DNA from: Escherichia phage outra
Reading direction: 5' to 3' (one strand)
Sequence record: MN850645.1
DNA length: 64,000 nt
Part shown: piece by piece, positions 1-10,290 of the stretch
Layout: every line of letters starts with the position of its first letter
Numbering within the stretch: position 1 is the stretch's first letter
The notes under the pieces: generated by a model
The model's database searches: none
What the model saw: only the letters and a program-made list of their open reading frames with translations
What the model was told of the DNA's origin: nothing
Made by a program: the position numbers and the translations under genes

Positions 1-270
1 ATCTTTAAGAGGGAAATGGGTATATTCTAAATGCTCATATTCCTCCAGTCGGTATTCATACTTTCCGTCAGTCTCAACATACGGACGACCATCGAAAAGA
101 TATTTATCACCATCATGGAAAGCAATAATCTCTCCAGTATCATGACTTTCGCACACAATACAGTGCATTGCAAAACTATCTTTTAAACGATATGGACTTG
201 CCAAGTAATCTACACTTTCGTCATTAAGCAAGTTGTTACTTTCAATGTCGAAAGTAAAAGCTCCCATTCT
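1..270 (-). CDS. hypothetical protein, 3' end truncated by window edge
   Basis: ATG at 270 preceded by GGAGGG; ORF runs off the window start. Confidence 0.45.
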
Positions 271-357
271 CCCTCCTTAAAATATTTCTAAAGTCTTAAT
301 TTGTTAATACTGTACCACAAATTAATTGTTTTGTAAAGGGGCTTTCGCCCCTTCTTG

Positions 358-753
358 TTATTTATTGTCAGCACTTAGTTGTACTTTAATAAGGCAATTA
401 GGGACACCATTGGTATTTCTCAAGCCTACACGTTCAATTTTAACAGTGCCTGTCAAACCATTAAAAGTGGAAACAATGTTATTAATGTTTTCATCCTTAC
501 TAGTGATATCAAGAATAACTTTATCACTGACATTTTTCAACATACGATCTACAAGCTCTCCCACAAAACCACTGGTAGTTTGAATGAGAAGGTATAGACA
601 ACCATCCTCAAACCACAAATGTTCACCATAAGCATAACCGTATGGTTCTAATTCTGATCCGTCTTGAAATTTAAACTTAGCAATAGTTTTCGTATAATCA
701 TACGCTAAAGCAGAAGGGCATACCCCATAGAGGATGTTTTCGTTGTCTTTCAT
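358..753 (-). CDS. hypothetical protein
   Basis: ORF-track frame; start moved to internal Met at 753 (GGAG upstream, 11 nt after primase-helicase stop). Confidence 0.45.
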   Translation of the reverse strand: MKDNENILYGVCPSALAYDYTKTIAKFKFQDGSELEPYGYAYGEHLWFEDGCLYLLIQTTSGFVGELVDRMLKNVSDKVILDITSKDENINNIVSTFNGLTGTVKIERVGLRNTNGVPNCLIKVQLSADNK

Positions 754-763
754 ATTTTTCTCC

Positions 764-2536
764 TTAATAAGAACCAGCAGAGATGTTCTCTGGGTTACTT
801 GTGTATTGATCGTAATCGTGAAGTGTAGCTGTTTTAATCTCATAGAAGAAACTACCTGCTGCACCAGTCTCTGAGAACTCACGGTTCTTTAGAATGTAGC
901 AATATGTGCGGTTACGTTCCATAGGATCTTCAGCTTGTTTATCACGCTCCAGCGCAATTGTGATACCAGCACCTTTAGCAAGGAAGCTACTACCCATTGC
1001 ATCATCTTCTACAATATGTTCATTACTATTGTTAGAAGACTTTTTAACGTGTGAAATTACAACAATGGTTATTGCATACTCTTTCATAATGCGTTTCAGC
1101 CACGTCGCAAGTTCCTCTTGTTGTGACACGTCCATACCAGAAAGCAAATCAGAATAAGGGTCGATAACAAGAATGGTTACTCCGAAATAAATAATCATTT
1201 CCAGAACCTTCTCTTTAATCACATCTACGTTAGCTCCACGATCATCACAAACATAGAAACGTGGTGTTCCATCTTCTCGTTCGTAAAAATCACGAATCTT
1301 TTCTTCATTATCTTTTAAAATCTTTTCCTTCTCTTCTTTCGTTTTACGGTGAAGAGGGATATGCAAGAATGAAGACAGTAAGTTACGAGAATACTTCTTA
1401 TACGTTGCCTCCAAAGATAAAATACCAAGAGTATGTTCTGGATGTGCAAGAATAATGTGCTTTGTAATCTCGTTAACCAACAGTGTCTTACCAATACTTG
1501 TTTTTGCAAGTATAACAGTAATTTCTTCTTCTACCAAGCCTCCACCTAACATATTAGAAGCAACACGCATGAATGGAGGAAGGGTGATCATTTTAGCTTC
1601 CAGGCATTCCAAGGCTGCTTCATACAGTACGTTAGAAGCGTAAACACCAGCAGGTGTGTACAATTTAGCTTTGAAAAAGCGATCAATAAAATGATCAATT
1701 TTTCCTTCTACTAGTGCCTGGTTAGGATCTTTAACATCCGTTAGTTCCATCACGTAAACTTTATTACGTGGTAAGATTTTAACACATTTCTCAACTGCTG
1801 CACGTCCAGCTTCATCATTATCCATACATAGAACAATCTTTTTAAATTGATCTAAGAATTTATAACGATGTTGAAGCTGCTTATGCAGAGATGTTTCGCC
1901 ACAAGTACCAGATACTACAGCAGGAACAGGATATTTACCACCCTTGTTATAATCTTTTAGCATCTGTGTTGCAGCCAGCATATCGTGTTCACCACCAACG
2001 ATTAGAATAGTACCGCTGTGGTTACGATATTTAAACTCCCCAAAAAGATCACAATCCTTTCCTGTTTCACCGATAGGATGCGAGAAATCTTTTGGATCGA
2101 TACGTTGTTTATACCCAGCAATATTGTAATCTTTAGTTGTAGGGTATAGTGTTGAAATTACTTCGCCAGTAGCTTCATCGTACATATAACGTACACCGAA
2201 AGGCTTAGAGATATCTTCACGAATACCGCGATAACCTTTTGGATTAGTTCCAGTGCTGGCTTTTAGTTTATCATGTACTTCTGGATTAAACTCACTACCC
2301 AAGATATCCTCCTCTTCAATTTCTTCGCCGTGTGCATTTAACCATTTTTGATCAGGGATAGTAAAGCCACAAGAAAAACAATGTGCGCCTCGATGGTCTT
2401 CATCGGCATCTAAGCCATATACCATCAAATTGTTTTGTGATCGATCACGCCCTCCTTTCATACAACGAGGACACCCAGTATGTCCTTCTTGACTTAGATC
2501 AATGTTATACCCATATTTATTTACAACATAAGACAC
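764..2536 (-). CDS. DNA primase-helicase fusion (zinc-binding primase N-terminus, DnaB-like helicase C-terminus)
   Basis: 590 aa; CPRC...CFSCGF zinc motif, primase-type GGEHD, Walker A AKTSIGKT, Walker B-like VIDPYSDL; GGAGA RBS. Confidence 0.85.
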   Translation of the reverse strand: MSYVVNKYGYNIDLSQEGHTGCPRCMKGGRDRSQNNLMVYGLDADEDHRGAHCFSCGFTIPDQKWLNAHGEEIEEEDILGSEFNPEVHDKLKASTGTNPKGYRGIREDISKPFGVRYMYDEATGEVISTLYPTTKDYNIAGYKQRIDPKDFSHPIGETGKDCDLFGEFKYRNHSGTILIVGGEHDMLAATQMLKDYNKGGKYPVPAVVSGTCGETSLHKQLQHRYKFLDQFKKIVLCMDNDEAGRAAVEKCVKILPRNKVYVMELTDVKDPNQALVEGKIDHFIDRFFKAKLYTPAGVYASNVLYEAALECLEAKMITLPPFMRVASNMLGGGLVEEEITVILAKTSIGKTLLVNEITKHIILAHPEHTLGILSLEATYKKYSRNLLSSFLHIPLHRKTKEEKEKILKDNEEKIRDFYEREDGTPRFYVCDDRGANVDVIKEKVLEMIIYFGVTILVIDPYSDLLSGMDVSQQEELATWLKRIMKEYAITIVVISHVKKSSNNSNEHIVEDDAMGSSFLAKGAGITIALERDKQAEDPMERNRTYCYILKNREFSETGAAGSFFYEIKTATLHDYDQYTSNPENISAGSY

Positions 2537-2548
2537 AGGATTCTCCTA

Positions 2549-2818
2549 CTAAAATGATTCGTTTGTCTCCATAATATATTGCATTTCCAAATCTTCCATA
2601 TGTTTCTTAAATTGGTAAACAATTTCCGATGGGGAAATATCTATATCAAAAAGTTCTTTTGTACCAGAATAAAACCTAATACCATCAACAATAAGACCAC
2701 CATAATAATCCCAATCACTTTCTCGTGAGAAAGGGTTAGGTTCTTCATAATAGTAATCTACTTCAACAATAATAGGTTCTTTATTATCTTGTTTATACTC
2801 AAAATCAAAAGTGTTCAT
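2549..2818 (-). CDS. hypothetical protein
   Basis: 89-aa ORF packed between neighbours. Confidence 0.4.
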   Translation of the reverse strand: MNTFDFEYKQDNKEPIIVEVDYYYEEPNPFSRESDWDYYGGLIVDGIRFYSGTKELFDIDISPSEIVYQFKKHMEDLEMQYIMETNESF

Positions 2819-3762
2819 TATAAATCCTCGATAAGCAGTCTGCGGGTTTCATTTAAATCATCAATATTGTAGTTATCTCTTACATACTTAGCAAGAGCCA
2901 ATCCTTTCTCAATACAAACATCAGGAGATTCGATTAAGTATTCTACAATATCTTTCCACTCTTTAACTGAATCAGCAAAGAAGATTAGATCTTTAAATTC
3001 TTCAGTATAATAGTTCTCTCGTGGCGAACAAACGAGTGGCAAACCTTTAGCACCAGCTTCAAGAATTTTTAAATTACTTTTGGCATTATTAAAATGATTA
3101 TTTACTAATGGAGCTATGGAGATTTGATGACCATCGTATGCTTCCATATAACACTCATAAGGACGAATACCTTCATAAACACAATCTGGTTGAATATCTT
3201 CTTTAATTTGCAACCATTGAGCACTACTTAACTCTTCGTGATCTCTACGAAATCCACATAAAGTTAAATCTTTACCAAAATCAGGAAGAATTGCTAAATC
3301 ATGTTTATGGGTTTCACTTCCCGCCCAAACCAGTGGACTTTTAGAATAACGATCTTTAGTAAGAACAAACTGTCCTTCATCAAAAGGTAGTCCGTTAGGC
3401 ACAATATGTACATTATCATTGTATTGGCTTAATTCAACCTTTAATGCCGGAGTTGTTGTAGTTACAAGATCGCTTCTTTCAAGAAACCATTTTAGGTCAT
3501 CTCGGATTTGATTTTCAAATAGTCCTTCAAGCATATGTCCTTCAGGAATAATTAAAGAATCATCCAGATCCATTACCAATTTAAACCCAAGTTGTTTAAG
3601 AGCCAGGAAACCTGGCTTTCCACGTGTTGGTACACCATTGAACACAAAAATATTATGCTTAGGATTAATGGTCAGTTTGCGTTTATATGGCAAAATGATT
3701 CTATGAAAATCACATACACTATACTTTTCATTTCCGCGTGTGTCAAGAATAATATTAGGCAT
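2818..3762 (-). CDS. glycosyltransferase-like protein (GT-B-like), paralog 1
   Basis: 314 aa; SNLKILEAGAKGLP motif typical of GT1-type donor-binding region; paralogous to 3774..4748; GGAG RBS. Confidence 0.5.
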   Translation of the reverse strand: MPNIILDTRGNEKYSVCDFHRIILPYKRKLTINPKHNIFVFNGVPTRGKPGFLALKQLGFKLVMDLDDSLIIPEGHMLEGLFENQIRDDLKWFLERSDLVTTTTPALKVELSQYNDNVHIVPNGLPFDEGQFVLTKDRYSKSPLVWAGSETHKHDLAILPDFGKDLTLCGFRRDHEELSSAQWLQIKEDIQPDCVYEGIRPYECYMEAYDGHQISIAPLVNNHFNNAKSNLKILEAGAKGLPLVCSPRENYYTEEFKDLIFFADSVKEWKDIVEYLIESPDVCIEKGLALAKYVRDNYNIDDLNETRRLLIEDL

Positions 3763-3773
3763 ATAACTCCTTG

Positions 3774-4748
3774 TTAAAGACTTTCAATAACTTGACGACG
3801 CAGTTCATTGGCATCTGCAAGATTATAATTAAGACGAACGTGTTCTGCAAGCATCATACCACGATCTTCTGTGTATCTAGGGTTCCTCATTAGCTTGACA
3901 ACTTCATAATGCCAAGATGCTTTAGAGTCTGCATAGATAACAGCCTTTGCATCTACCGGATTGAAGTACGGCAGCACAGGAGAACAGATAATAGGAAGAC
4001 CCTTTGCACCTGCTTCCAAAATCTTCAAATTGCTTTTACAGTTGTTGAAGTCATTATCTACCAGGGGAGCAATTGCAATGCTGTGACCGTCATACACAGA
4101 CATATACTCACCTAAATTTTTAATAGCTGGTTTATACTGTGCATTTGGAATTTTACGTTTTATTTTAACCCACTCCGCAGTAGTTAGATACTGACTGTTA
4201 TTTCCAACAGGTGCAGAAGGATACACTTCATACCCTGCAATTGTCAATAGTGTATCATCAAATGTATTAGCTACAAGAGATAAATCAGGCTCGTGGCTTG
4301 CTCCTCCAGCCCAGATAATAGGCGTGTCAGAATTACGGTCTTTTGTCAAAGTAAATTGACCTTCGTCGTAAGGTAGTGCGTTTCTAATTACGACAACATT
4401 ACGATTTAAATGACGAATTTTGTAAGCTAGGTATTCTGTTGTTACAGTAACAACATCTGCTAACTTAACCATCTCTACAATAGTCTTTGAATGATTAGTA
4501 AATACGCCAGCCATATAATGTTCAGGATTAAGTGAATAAAAGTCATCTAAATCAACAATAATCTTAACACCTTGTGCCTTCAGGCGTTTAACCTCGTCTG
4601 CTCCACGAGAATACACTCTATTAAAAACTAAAACGTCTTTCTTAGGTTTAAACGTATTTCCAGCAAATGGCATTACAATACGATGGTAATCACAACCACT
4701 GCCTAACTTATTATCACACTTAAGTACAGGAGTATTAGGATTTACCAT
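3774..4748 (-). CDS. glycosyltransferase-like protein (GT-B-like), paralog 2
   Basis: Shares DGHxIxIAPLVxNxFNNxKSNLKILEAGAKGLP and LTKDR..W motifs with 2818..3762; start set at Met with GGAGG RBS. Confidence 0.5.
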   Translation of the reverse strand: MVNPNTPVLKCDNKLGSGCDYHRIVMPFAGNTFKPKKDVLVFNRVYSRGADEVKRLKAQGVKIIVDLDDFYSLNPEHYMAGVFTNHSKTIVEMVKLADVVTVTTEYLAYKIRHLNRNVVVIRNALPYDEGQFTLTKDRNSDTPIIWAGGASHEPDLSLVANTFDDTLLTIAGYEVYPSAPVGNNSQYLTTAEWVKIKRKIPNAQYKPAIKNLGEYMSVYDGHSIAIAPLVDNDFNNCKSNLKILEAGAKGLPIICSPVLPYFNPVDAKAVIYADSKASWHYEVVKLMRNPRYTEDRGMMLAEHVRLNYNLADANELRRQVIESL

Positions 4749-5421
4749 ATTTTTGAGCCTCCTCATAAGAGATAAAAGTTTTACCATTGCGAAGATCCTC
4801 CAAGGATTGTTTATATTGTTCCCAGTTTACACCAATCCCCTGTTCTTTCTCTTCTTTTGACAGATTCGCAAAAGGTAAAGGATTGTCTCCAAATACATCA
4901 TCAGGATGGATAAACGCCATAATTCGAATAGGACATGGCACGCCTTGAATACCTCGGTTCAAACCTGCCAGTGGAACGCGATGAATCCACTCTGCATCTT
5001 CATATCCATAACCGTGGGTGTATGAGCGGAAATAGCCAGCTTTCTCAATAACTGCACGGGAATACATACCAAACTGGCACATACCTAGTTCCCAAATAAC
5101 CACTTCCCCTTCAATACCTTTTACTTTATCTTTAAAGTATTCAGGCATACCAAAGAAATCCCAACCATTTTCCTTCGCCTGTTTTACAAAATATGTTTCC
5201 CAACCTTGAACAACAGGATAGCAATCATCATCAAAAATAAACCAGTAATCATACCCTTCATCATAAAACTTTTTCATCAGTTCATTACGAGCATATGCAA
5301 CACCTTTTCGCTCCCGATCATACTGTACAACAAAAGTAGCATTAGGATCAGTCACAAGATAATCTTTAAGAGGACGCTTACCTACAGTAATAACACCAAC
5401 ACCAATTTTTGTATTTTCCAA
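4735..5421 (-). CDS. glycosyltransferase-like protein (GT-A-like, DxD motif)
   Basis: 228 aa; WFIFDDDCYPV acidic DxD-type motif; GGAG RBS. Confidence 0.45.
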   Translation of the reverse strand: MENTKIGVGVITVGKRPLKDYLVTDPNATFVVQYDRERKGVAYARNELMKKFYDEGYDYWFIFDDDCYPVVQGWETYFVKQAKENGWDFFGMPEYFKDKVKGIEGEVVIWELGMCQFGMYSRAVIEKAGYFRSYTHGYGYEDAEWIHRVPLAGLNRGIQGVPCPIRIMAFIHPDDVFGDNPLPFANLSKEEKEQGIGVNWEQYKQSLEDLRNGKTFISYEEAQKYGKS

Positions 5422-5430
5422 AATAACTCC

Positions 5431-5994
5431 TTAAATAATTTTATTCATGTCTTGACAATGTAAAAGGTGTGAAATAGCTTTTCTAGGATCATCATTACCT
5501 AAACGGTATGTGTGAAATAAATATAACCCACGTAGTAAACCTAGCCTTTTATTGTTAGCGTGCAATGCTTTAGAGAAAATTATATCAAACTGTATTGATC
5601 TTTCCTCAAAAGGGATTTCATTCCACAGACTCTTACGAAAGAGAAGAAAGAATCCTGCTAAGATAGCATCTGTAGGTACTTCCTCTATTGAGTTTCCCCA
5701 TTCTAGATGTGCTCTTTTTGCAATCTCAATGTGGTGTAGTATATTCGGATCTTCACTTCTTTCATTATTAAATAATTGATATGTTGATCCCAATCTATTA
5801 CAAGATGCACCAAGAACATCAAAATCAGGATTTGAACGGACTATTGATTCCAGCCAAGCAGGTTGTTCTGGAAGAAGAAACATTGTATCAATGTCTCTTA
5901 GGCAAATCCAACTATCTTCTGGTAAGACACTTATTGTGTCATTGATACCTTTTCCAATATCTCCAGAAAGATAGGGAGTTATGTGAAATATCAT
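5431..5994 (-). CDS. hypothetical protein, possible second GT-A-like glycosyltransferase
   Basis: 187 aa; CLRDIDTMF acidic motif; GGAGGG RBS. Confidence 0.35.
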   Translation of the reverse strand: MIFHITPYLSGDIGKGINDTISVLPEDSWICLRDIDTMFLLPEQPAWLESIVRSNPDFDVLGASCNRLGSTYQLFNNERSEDPNILHHIEIAKRAHLEWGNSIEEVPTDAILAGFFLLFRKSLWNEIPFEERSIQFDIIFSKALHANNKRLGLLRGLYLFHTYRLGNDDPRKAISHLLHCQDMNKII

Positions 5995-6051
5995 ACTCCC
6001 TCCGTATTATTACTTTAGCATTTTTAGACTAAAAAGTCTAAATGGTTTTAC

Positions 6052-6246
6052 CTATTGATTACGTTTTGCGAGTTCCATTTGGATAGCTAAACTGTGATCT
6101 CGTGCTTCCATATACTCTTTATACGTTTCATTAAGATGATCACGACAAACATCACGCAGTTTAATCAATTTATCTGTAGGGATACCACTAAGATCATCCC
6201 AAGATTTTACAACTTCGCCAGTATCATTGATCCCAATGGTTTTCAT
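6052..6246 (-). CDS. hypothetical small protein
   Basis: 64-aa ORF in operon context. Confidence 0.35.
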   Translation of the reverse strand: MKTIGINDTGEVVKSWDDLSGIPTDKLIKLRDVCRDHLNETYKEYMEARDHSLAIQMELAKRNQ

Positions 6247-6454
6247 CTACAACCTCCTTAATTGCTACAGCACAGTTTTTGCAGATACACTGCCCTTTAC
6301 CTTTAGAAATCTGGATGTAAGGTTCATTTTCATTTTCGCCCTTACGTGAGTCATATATTACAGAATTGAAGCACACAACGCAAATATTTTTTAAGATTGT
6401 ATACTTATCAACTTTCTTTTTTGTTTTAAAGTTAACTTCAATAACATCAGCCAT
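6224..6454 (-). CDS. small Cys-rich (zinc-ribbon-like) protein
   Basis: CVVCF...CICKNC motif; start at Met overlapping upstream stop (ATGA-type coupling). Confidence 0.4.
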   Translation of the reverse strand: MADVIEVNFKTKKKVDKYTILKNICVVCFNSVIYDSRKGENENEPYIQISKGKGQCICKNCAVAIKEVVDENHWDQ

Positions 6455-6732
6455 CAGTGTAACACTCCCAGTATGTTGCTTTGTGACATAACCATAGAAC
6501 ATTCAACATTATCGTGACTACGTGAAAAACGTTCCCAAACATCTTCATCGACTCGTAAAGCTATACAAGGATAGACGTTATCATTGATCATTTCAATTGA
6601 ATAAACATCCATATTGTCTTCGTCTTCGATGAACATCATTGCAAACTGTTCTAAATGTTTCCTAATGTAATGTACATCCTCTTCTGTAAGACCAATAACA
6701 AGATAACTTGCAACGATAACGCCATCTTTCAT
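6454..6732 (-). CDS. hypothetical protein
   Basis: 92-aa ORF. Confidence 0.4.
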   Translation of the reverse strand: MKDGVIVASYLVIGLTEEDVHYIRKHLEQFAMMFIEDEDNMDVYSIEMINDNVYPCIALRVDEDVWERFSRSHDNVECSMVMSQSNILGVLH

Positions 6733-6742
6733 CTATATCTCC

Positions 6743-7252
6743 TTAGCGATAGAATTGATGTTCTTTGTAGCGGTACACTAGAACCATATCTTTTTCCCAG
6801 TGTGCTCTTATTGTAGATTTTTTAAAGTATAATGCTCCTTTTGTAATATCTAATGCAATTCGTAATTCTGGAAAATGCGTATCGAGATAAAGTAGACGTT
6901 CTGCTATAGTCTTAGCTTCCTTCCACTTATCACGTTCCATAACGTTGAATGTCTTTGTGTAAGAGAATTGTCCTTTTTGAAACAAAACTTCTTTTATAGT
7001 ATCAGGGAAATATGAATCTCTAGCCCTATTCAATACTACATTACCAACAGCAGACATACCTCGCTTTCCTTGATTACGACTTTCTGCATAGATTGCACAA
7101 GCTAATAGATTTTCTTTACTATCACGCTTTGTACACTTGTGAACTACTTTAGCAGTTTTTACGTTTGCAGCTTCGGCTTGCGCCACAACAGGTGTAAATG
7201 TAAAAGCAGTTAAGGATAGTAACGCAATTGCGACAAAGGTTTTTATTGACAA
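6743..7252 (-). CDS. SleB/CwlJ-like cell wall hydrolase with N-terminal signal peptide
   Basis: 169 aa; hydrophobic N-terminus ending AQA; LACAIYAESRNQG...AVGNVVLNRA matches Hydrolase_2 core. Confidence 0.65.
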   Translation of the reverse strand: MSIKTFVAIALLSLTAFTFTPVVAQAEAANVKTAKVVHKCTKRDSKENLLACAIYAESRNQGKRGMSAVGNVVLNRARDSYFPDTIKEVLFQKGQFSYTKTFNVMERDKWKEAKTIAERLLYLDTHFPELRIALDITKGALYFKKSTIRAHWEKDMVLVYRYKEHQFYR

Positions 7253-7344
7253 ACTTGCCTCCTATTTTGTTAAACGAACTTTTATTGTAACACAGAAGAG
7301 GCTGTTTTGCAAGTGGAGGGGGATTATCCCCCTCTTACACCCTG

Positions 7345-7947
7345 TTAGATGTTGTAAACCTTTGTATGAGTTACTACACCATCTTCTACAAAATCAATAC
7401 GTTCTTGATCCGTAACTAGTGCAGACAATACTTTAAATTTAATTGTTACACGTTCAAAAGCTGGTTGACCATCTTTAAGATAATTATGTTCAGTTGTTAC
7501 TGTCTTGTTTACAAAATCAACTTTTGCTTTACCGTTTTCACGCAAGTGGAATGTTTTTCCTGCTTTATACACAATTTCAACATTACCTTCGAGAGTAATT
7601 CCTTCAAAAAGTTCACCCTCTTCTTCATTTTCTTCACTTTTGAACAGACGACGAAACTCTTCCATATCAAGATAAACAACATCTTCAGAATAACTATCAG
7701 TAAGGTATGTCTTACCATCCATTAACCCGAAATATTGCCAGATCGCAGAATAAACATCACTAGTTGATCCAAGGGTTTCTCTGAGTTTAGTTCCACGGAT
7801 TACTTCATAAACTTCAAAATTGAAACCAGACTGCAAAGCATTAAACAGTACATCACTAACTTCTAAAGCATAATCTTCATTGTTGTCAATATCCACAAGA
7901 AAATTACCGCTGCGAATAAGTTTTTGACCTTCTAAAGTAATACCCAT
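7345..7947 (-). CDS. hypothetical protein
   Basis: 200-aa ORF. Confidence 0.45.
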   Translation of the reverse strand: MGITLEGQKLIRSGNFLVDIDNNEDYALEVSDVLFNALQSGFNFEVYEVIRGTKLRETLGSTSDVYSAIWQYFGLMDGKTYLTDSYSEDVVYLDMEEFRRLFKSEENEEEGELFEGITLEGNVEIVYKAGKTFHLRENGKAKVDFVNKTVTTEHNYLKDGQPAFERVTIKFKVLSALVTDQERIDFVEDGVVTHTKVYNI

Positions 7948-7974
7948 TGTTTTCTCCTCTTCTATTTAAAATAT

Positions 7975-7990
7975 GCGCCCCGAAGGGCGC
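7975..7990 (-). terminator. hairpin downstream of terD
   Basis: gcgccccgaagggcgc followed by atatttt on minus strand. Confidence 0.5.
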
Positions 7991-7999
7991 TATGATTTA

Positions 8000-8596
8000 T
8001 TACTCGAACCAATCGTCGCCAGCGCCAAACGCTTTAACTACATCATAAATGTCAAGTCCAGCTTTACCTACACCATATGCTTTCAGTTTCCATTCGCTAT
8101 CTTCCCGCACCAGGGAGGCAACGTGGCAAATGGTATTACCTGCAAGTTCTGGAGCCAAGAAGTCAAAATCCAGCAGTTCAACGTTACGTTCATCATCGAA
8201 GATTTTAAGGAAACCTTCGGTAGCGTGACCAAGGCGTTTCTTACCCGTTTCGTCATCAATAGTGATTACGAATGCAATTTCCTGTGCTTCAGCAGAGATA
8301 TTATCCAGTGTAACATCAATCTGCTCCATTTGTCCTACACCGTCACGAACATCTTCACCTGCAAAAGTAGAACGTTCAGGATCAAATTTCTGTGCGTAGC
8401 ATACCAGGTGGCGAGGAGACAACAGTTCCGGCAGACCAGATGCATTGTGTCGGCAAATCAGAGCACTAACATCCAGATCCAGTTTTTCGTTAGATTTCCA
8501 AGAGAATTCCAGACGAATGCGTTTCAGTGCTGGTGCAATCTTTTTCAGAGAAACTTTTTCGCTAGAACCTTTTTTCAGGGAAATTTTCTGAGTCAT
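8000..8596 (-). CDS. terD: TerD-family protein
   Basis: 198 aa; KISLKKG...VSLKK N-terminus, DLDVSAL, GEDVRDG, EIAFVITI, EWKLKAYG match TerD architecture; AAGGAG RBS. Confidence 0.8.
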   Translation of the reverse strand: MTQKISLKKGSSEKVSLKKIAPALKRIRLEFSWKSNEKLDLDVSALICRHNASGLPELLSPRHLVCYAQKFDPERSTFAGEDVRDGVGQMEQIDVTLDNISAEAQEIAFVITIDDETGKKRLGHATEGFLKIFDDERNVELLDFDFLAPELAGNTICHVASLVREDSEWKLKAYGVGKAGLDIYDVVKAFGAGDDWFE

Positions 8597-8668
8597 AATT
8601 TATTATCTCCTTTGTTGTTAATTTACGTTGTCTATTTTACTAATCTTTTCTACAAAGTCAAGCGTTTT

Positions 8669-9463
8669 TTACGCTTTTGCTCCAAATTTTTTAACCCACT
8701 CGCCAAACTCTTCGGATAGCAGTTTATCGTAAAGTTCTTCGTCAGACAAGGACAAATCTGCAATACCGATAAAATCAACGTTATCGTATTCTTTTGCCAA
8801 GTCTTTCAGGAATTTAAAGTTTGCATTACCTACACCAACCATAAACCAGTAAACAGGAGTGTTGCGGTGTTTGTTCAGCAAACTACGTACTGCTGAAGTA
8901 TCCATGTTCTCCCCGTCAGTTTGGAAGAAAATCATTGCAGGAGTACGATCAACTTGTGCATCAGTATCTACAACCTGTTCTACAACAGTACGTGTAACTT
9001 CTACACGTTCTTTTTTACCAGTTAGTTTAGCAAGGAAACCCTTAGCCGGAACTTCTTCATACTCAACGACTTCGCGTGTAATATTTTTCATAGGTACACT
9101 ACCGAAGTATGTATCATAGATCTCTTGCATTACTGGAGCATAAGCTGTACCACCATTGATGCAAACATTAGACATACAAGAGCCGACATAATCATCATAT
9201 ACATCAGCCGTTGCAGGAGGCAGTTCAAAAGAAGAACTATTGAAAGCCCACATGTCAATCTGTGCATTATCATCAAACTTCATACCAAACGGCAGTAGCT
9301 TACCTACAAAATCACTAACAGTGCCATCACGATACAGCTCACACATACTACCCGAAATATCTAAGGCGCTACCGACACGAAGAACAACATCGTTAATCTT
9401 TTTCTTACGCAGAGATACGGTAAGAGTTTCTTGACGTTTTTTAAGACTGATTTTATTGGACAT
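8669..9463 (-). CDS. vWA-domain protein with TerD-like N-terminal motif (TerY-like)
   Basis: 264 aa; N-terminal KISLKK, DISGSM (DxSxS MIDAS), FFQTDGEN; GGAG RBS. Confidence 0.55.
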   Translation of the reverse strand: MSNKISLKKRQETLTVSLRKKKINDVVLRVGSALDISGSMCELYRDGTVSDFVGKLLPFGMKFDDNAQIDMWAFNSSSFELPPATADVYDDYVGSCMSNVCINGGTAYAPVMQEIYDTYFGSVPMKNITREVVEYEEVPAKGFLAKLTGKKERVEVTRTVVEQVVDTDAQVDRTPAMIFFQTDGENMDTSAVRSLLNKHRNTPVYWFMVGVGNANFKFLKDLAKEYDNVDFIGIADLSLSDEELYDKLLSEEFGEWVKKFGAKA

Positions 9464-9464
9464 A

Positions 9465-9734
9465 TTATTTCTCCTTTCTGAGTGTAATGTTAGTAACTTC
9501 TAAATCCACTTCTACCATTTCTGTATCATACGAAATACAGCTAAGTTGACCTCTTTGCGAACCGTTCAGACACATTGCTTGGTTTGTATTAACTTTAATA
9601 AACACTAAGTTTCTGAACGTATCTAAACCAGAATCTTGATAGGCAACATAATATACAAATGTATCACCTACGTCAAGTTCTCCAAAACATTTAGGTTCAT
9701 CTGATTTGTCGTCTTTGATATTAAATTTAAGCAC
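9465..9734 (-). CDS. hypothetical protein
   Basis: 89-aa ORF. Confidence 0.4.
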   Translation of the reverse strand: MLKFNIKDDKSDEPKCFGELDVGDTFVYYVAYQDSGLDTFRNLVFIKVNTNQAMCLNGSQRGQLSCISYDTEMVEVDLEVTNITLRKEK

Positions 9735-10290
9735 TATCTCCTCCTTTACCTACTTTCCAACCTAAATAGAAAGCCTCTCTAGTGATTTTTTGCAACTCGT
9801 TTAAAGAGATAGTTACAACTAAATCATCTTCAATTTCTAGCTTTGAGTCTTCTTCTGTCTCAATGCAAGTATTATGCACTTTGTGGTAAGGATTGTCAAC
9901 ACGTTTAAATTTATTATTTTCAGTGTTGAAGAAGCAATCTGGATCTTCTTCTCCATCACCCCAACCCTGGTTAGGATCTTCTTCAGATCTTTCTGTTGGG
10001 ATCTCACCTGTAAAGTGCTCTTCTAATACCAGAGCAATCCCATCTCCAAGATCGGAAGAGAACATCAAATTACAAACTTCTTCCCAAGGCATAGACCACT
10101 TAAATCTTTTACGATTGCCATGTTTATCTTCTTCGTTAGAGAAAACACTACCATAGCTATCATAATTCCCATACATCTCTTCGACAACCTTACCACCTTT
10201 CAAAAGAAATAGGTAGCAAGGAGAGCCATCAAAAGAGGTAGAAAGAGCAGCATTACCAGACTCTTTGCACAAGAAACTAAAACACCCCAT
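9727..10290 (-). CDS. hypothetical acidic protein
   Basis: 187-aa ORF; C-terminal ELQKITREAFYLGWK motif also present in 10290..10490. Confidence 0.45.
   Translation of the reverse strand: MGCFSFLCKESGNAALSTSFDGSPCYLFLLKGGKVVEEMYGNYDSYGSVFSNEEDKHGNRKRFKWSMPWEEVCNLMFSSDLGDGIALVLEEHFTGEIPTERSEEDPNQGWGDGEEDPDCFFNTENNKFKRVDNPYHKVHNTCIETEEDSKLEIEDDLVVTISLNELQKITREAFYLGWKVGKGGDSA

Noticed and set aside
326-597. Plus-strand ORFs 326..583 and 379..597
   Set aside because: They overlap the minus-strand gene 358..753 in a minus-strand operon and have no RBS; likely spurious.
7973-8719. 248-aa plus-strand ORF overlapping terD
   Set aside because: Antisense to a well-supported TerD-family CDS; low-complexity translation, no RBS, lies in a uniformly minus-strand block. 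Treated as a shadow ORF.
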